Below, piece after piece: positions 63,133 to 64,000 of a stretch of DNA of 64,000 nucleotides; position 1 is the stretch's first letter; each line of letters starts with the position of its first letter. The stretch is from Patescibacteria group bacterium. GTDB taxonomy: Bacteria > Patescibacteriota > WWE3 > UBA101185 > UBA10185. The notes beneath the pieces are model-generated. The model worked only from the letters and a program-made list of their open reading frames with translations. It was not told the origin of the DNA and did no database searches. Location of the stretch: contig JBMORU010000001.1 in assembly GCA_049322215.1 (NCBI GenBank), positions 65,357 to 129,356 of the forward strand, given 5' to 3'. A program made the position numbers and the translations under genes.

Positions 63133-63453
63133 ATGCCTGAATTTTTGAAAAAACTGTACTATCGTTGCTTTGTTTACAAGTCTGTTGCTCGACCCGATAA
63201 TTTCAGTTATGTCCGAAAAGGCGATGTTTTAGTCCGCGTAACGCCTGGATTCAAAAAAGATACACTTTGGTATACAGAAGCTGAGGTTATCGAAGTAACA
63301 AGCACCCAAATCGTTTGCAAGGTTTATGTAGATGTTCCACGCACAATGAAATTTGATCGCGTAACAGGACAAATGCAAAACCTTCCTGAAGATTGGGATC
63401 CCCAATGGCTTGAATTCCCACTGACCGAAGAAGCAAAATTGGCGATTAAGTAG
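63133..63453 (+). CDS. hypothetical protein (106 aa)
   Basis: ORF preceded by AAAGGAG 6 nt upstream of the ATG. Confidence 0.45.
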   Translation: MPEFLKKLYYRCFVYKSVARPDNFSYVRKGDVLVRVTPGFKKDTLWYTEAEVIEVTSTQIVCKVYVDVPRTMKFDRVTGQMQNLPEDWDPQWLEFPLTEEAKLAIK

Positions 63454-63480
63454 CATAACTCAACTATTGACGAGGTAAAA

Positions 63481-63774
63481 ATGAGAACAATAAACGATCT
63501 GCTAGTTGTAACGCTTTTGGTTAATGACCTTTTGGGTTTAATAGAACCAAGCCTAGAAGAAAAATTAGGACAGCTCTCTGAAGAAGAATTCCGGTTTTTC
63601 CTGCAAGAGCTTGGCAAATTGGAAATTCCCAAAGCATTTTACCAGGTATTTCGCCGTAAAGGTGACAAATATTACCACATCGGCAGCTACTTAAGCTTTC
63701 TTCCCATAAAAAAGTCGGATGAAATTCTTATGGGAATCGCTGATCAAGTGTTACTGATGCGCCAAAAAGCGTAA
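63481..63774 (+). CDS. hypothetical protein (97 aa)
   Basis: ORF preceded by GAGG 8 nt upstream of the ATG. Confidence 0.4.
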   Translation: MRTINDLLVVTLLVNDLLGLIEPSLEEKLGQLSEEEFRFFLQELGKLEIPKAFYQVFRRKGDKYYHIGSYLSFLPIKKSDEILMGIADQVLLMRQKA

Positions 63775-64000
63775 ACATTAAATAGGCTGTATATATTTAT
63801 TGGAAATTAAATTCCTTAAAAGTATATACAGTCTCTTTTTTTGCTTGAATTCCAAATCCAAAGAATGAGAGTTAAATCATCTAGTTATTGGAGTTCCACT
63901 TTCATCAATACATTCAGGAATAAGGTAAGTAGAATACCCAGGATAATCTTGCAACATAGTGCACATAATTGCACCATTACCATCAGCAATTATTTTAACA

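Overview
This is an AT-rich bacterial fragment read in the standard genetic code, since ORFs up to 1111 aa run uninterrupted. Gene content suggests, by inference only, a small-genome CPR/Patescibacteria-like organism: a split transketolase, RpiB/Rpe, an ATP-dependent DNA ligase, a LOG-family protein and an unlinked rRNA locus. The window carries an rRNA locus on the minus strand, 16S at 9571-11035, 23S at ~4615-7640 and 5S at ~4316-4428. The 16S-23S spacer is ~1.9 kb and holds two protein genes (a NUDIX hydrolase and a 128-aa unknown), tRNA-Ala on the rRNA strand, tRNA-Ile(GAT) on the opposite strand and a factor-independent terminator. It also holds six tRNAs in total, including an initiator tRNA and a tRNA with a TAT (UAU) anticodon, plus housekeeping genes (clpC-like, rpsA, mnmA, ftsH, trpS, hpf) and a DNA-repair set (mutM, recF, ATP-dependent ligase, nth, 5'-3' exonuclease). 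A pentose-phosphate block runs rpiB, rpe, tkt-N, tkt-C and a PfkB kinase, with a membrane-protein gene inserted between the tkt halves. There is a complete suf Fe-S assembly operon (ArsR-sufCBD-sufS-sufU plus DUF1858 and a ferredoxin), a Ca2+ P-type ATPase with a CaCA exchanger, a prepilin-like secreted-protein operon and a tyrosine recombinase between two tRNAs. Several secreted proteins sit in locally GC-richer DNA, including a 1111-aa GH5 glycoside hydrolase with a large Cys-rich extension. No CRISPR array, transposase or obvious large ncRNA (RNase P, tmRNA) was seen. The candidates I rank most interesting are the interrupted rRNA locus with embedded genes, the prepilin-like surface operon, the giant GH5 protein, the tRNA-Ile(UAU), the Lgt-VKOR fusion with a nearby DsbA, and GC-rich islands near tRNAs.
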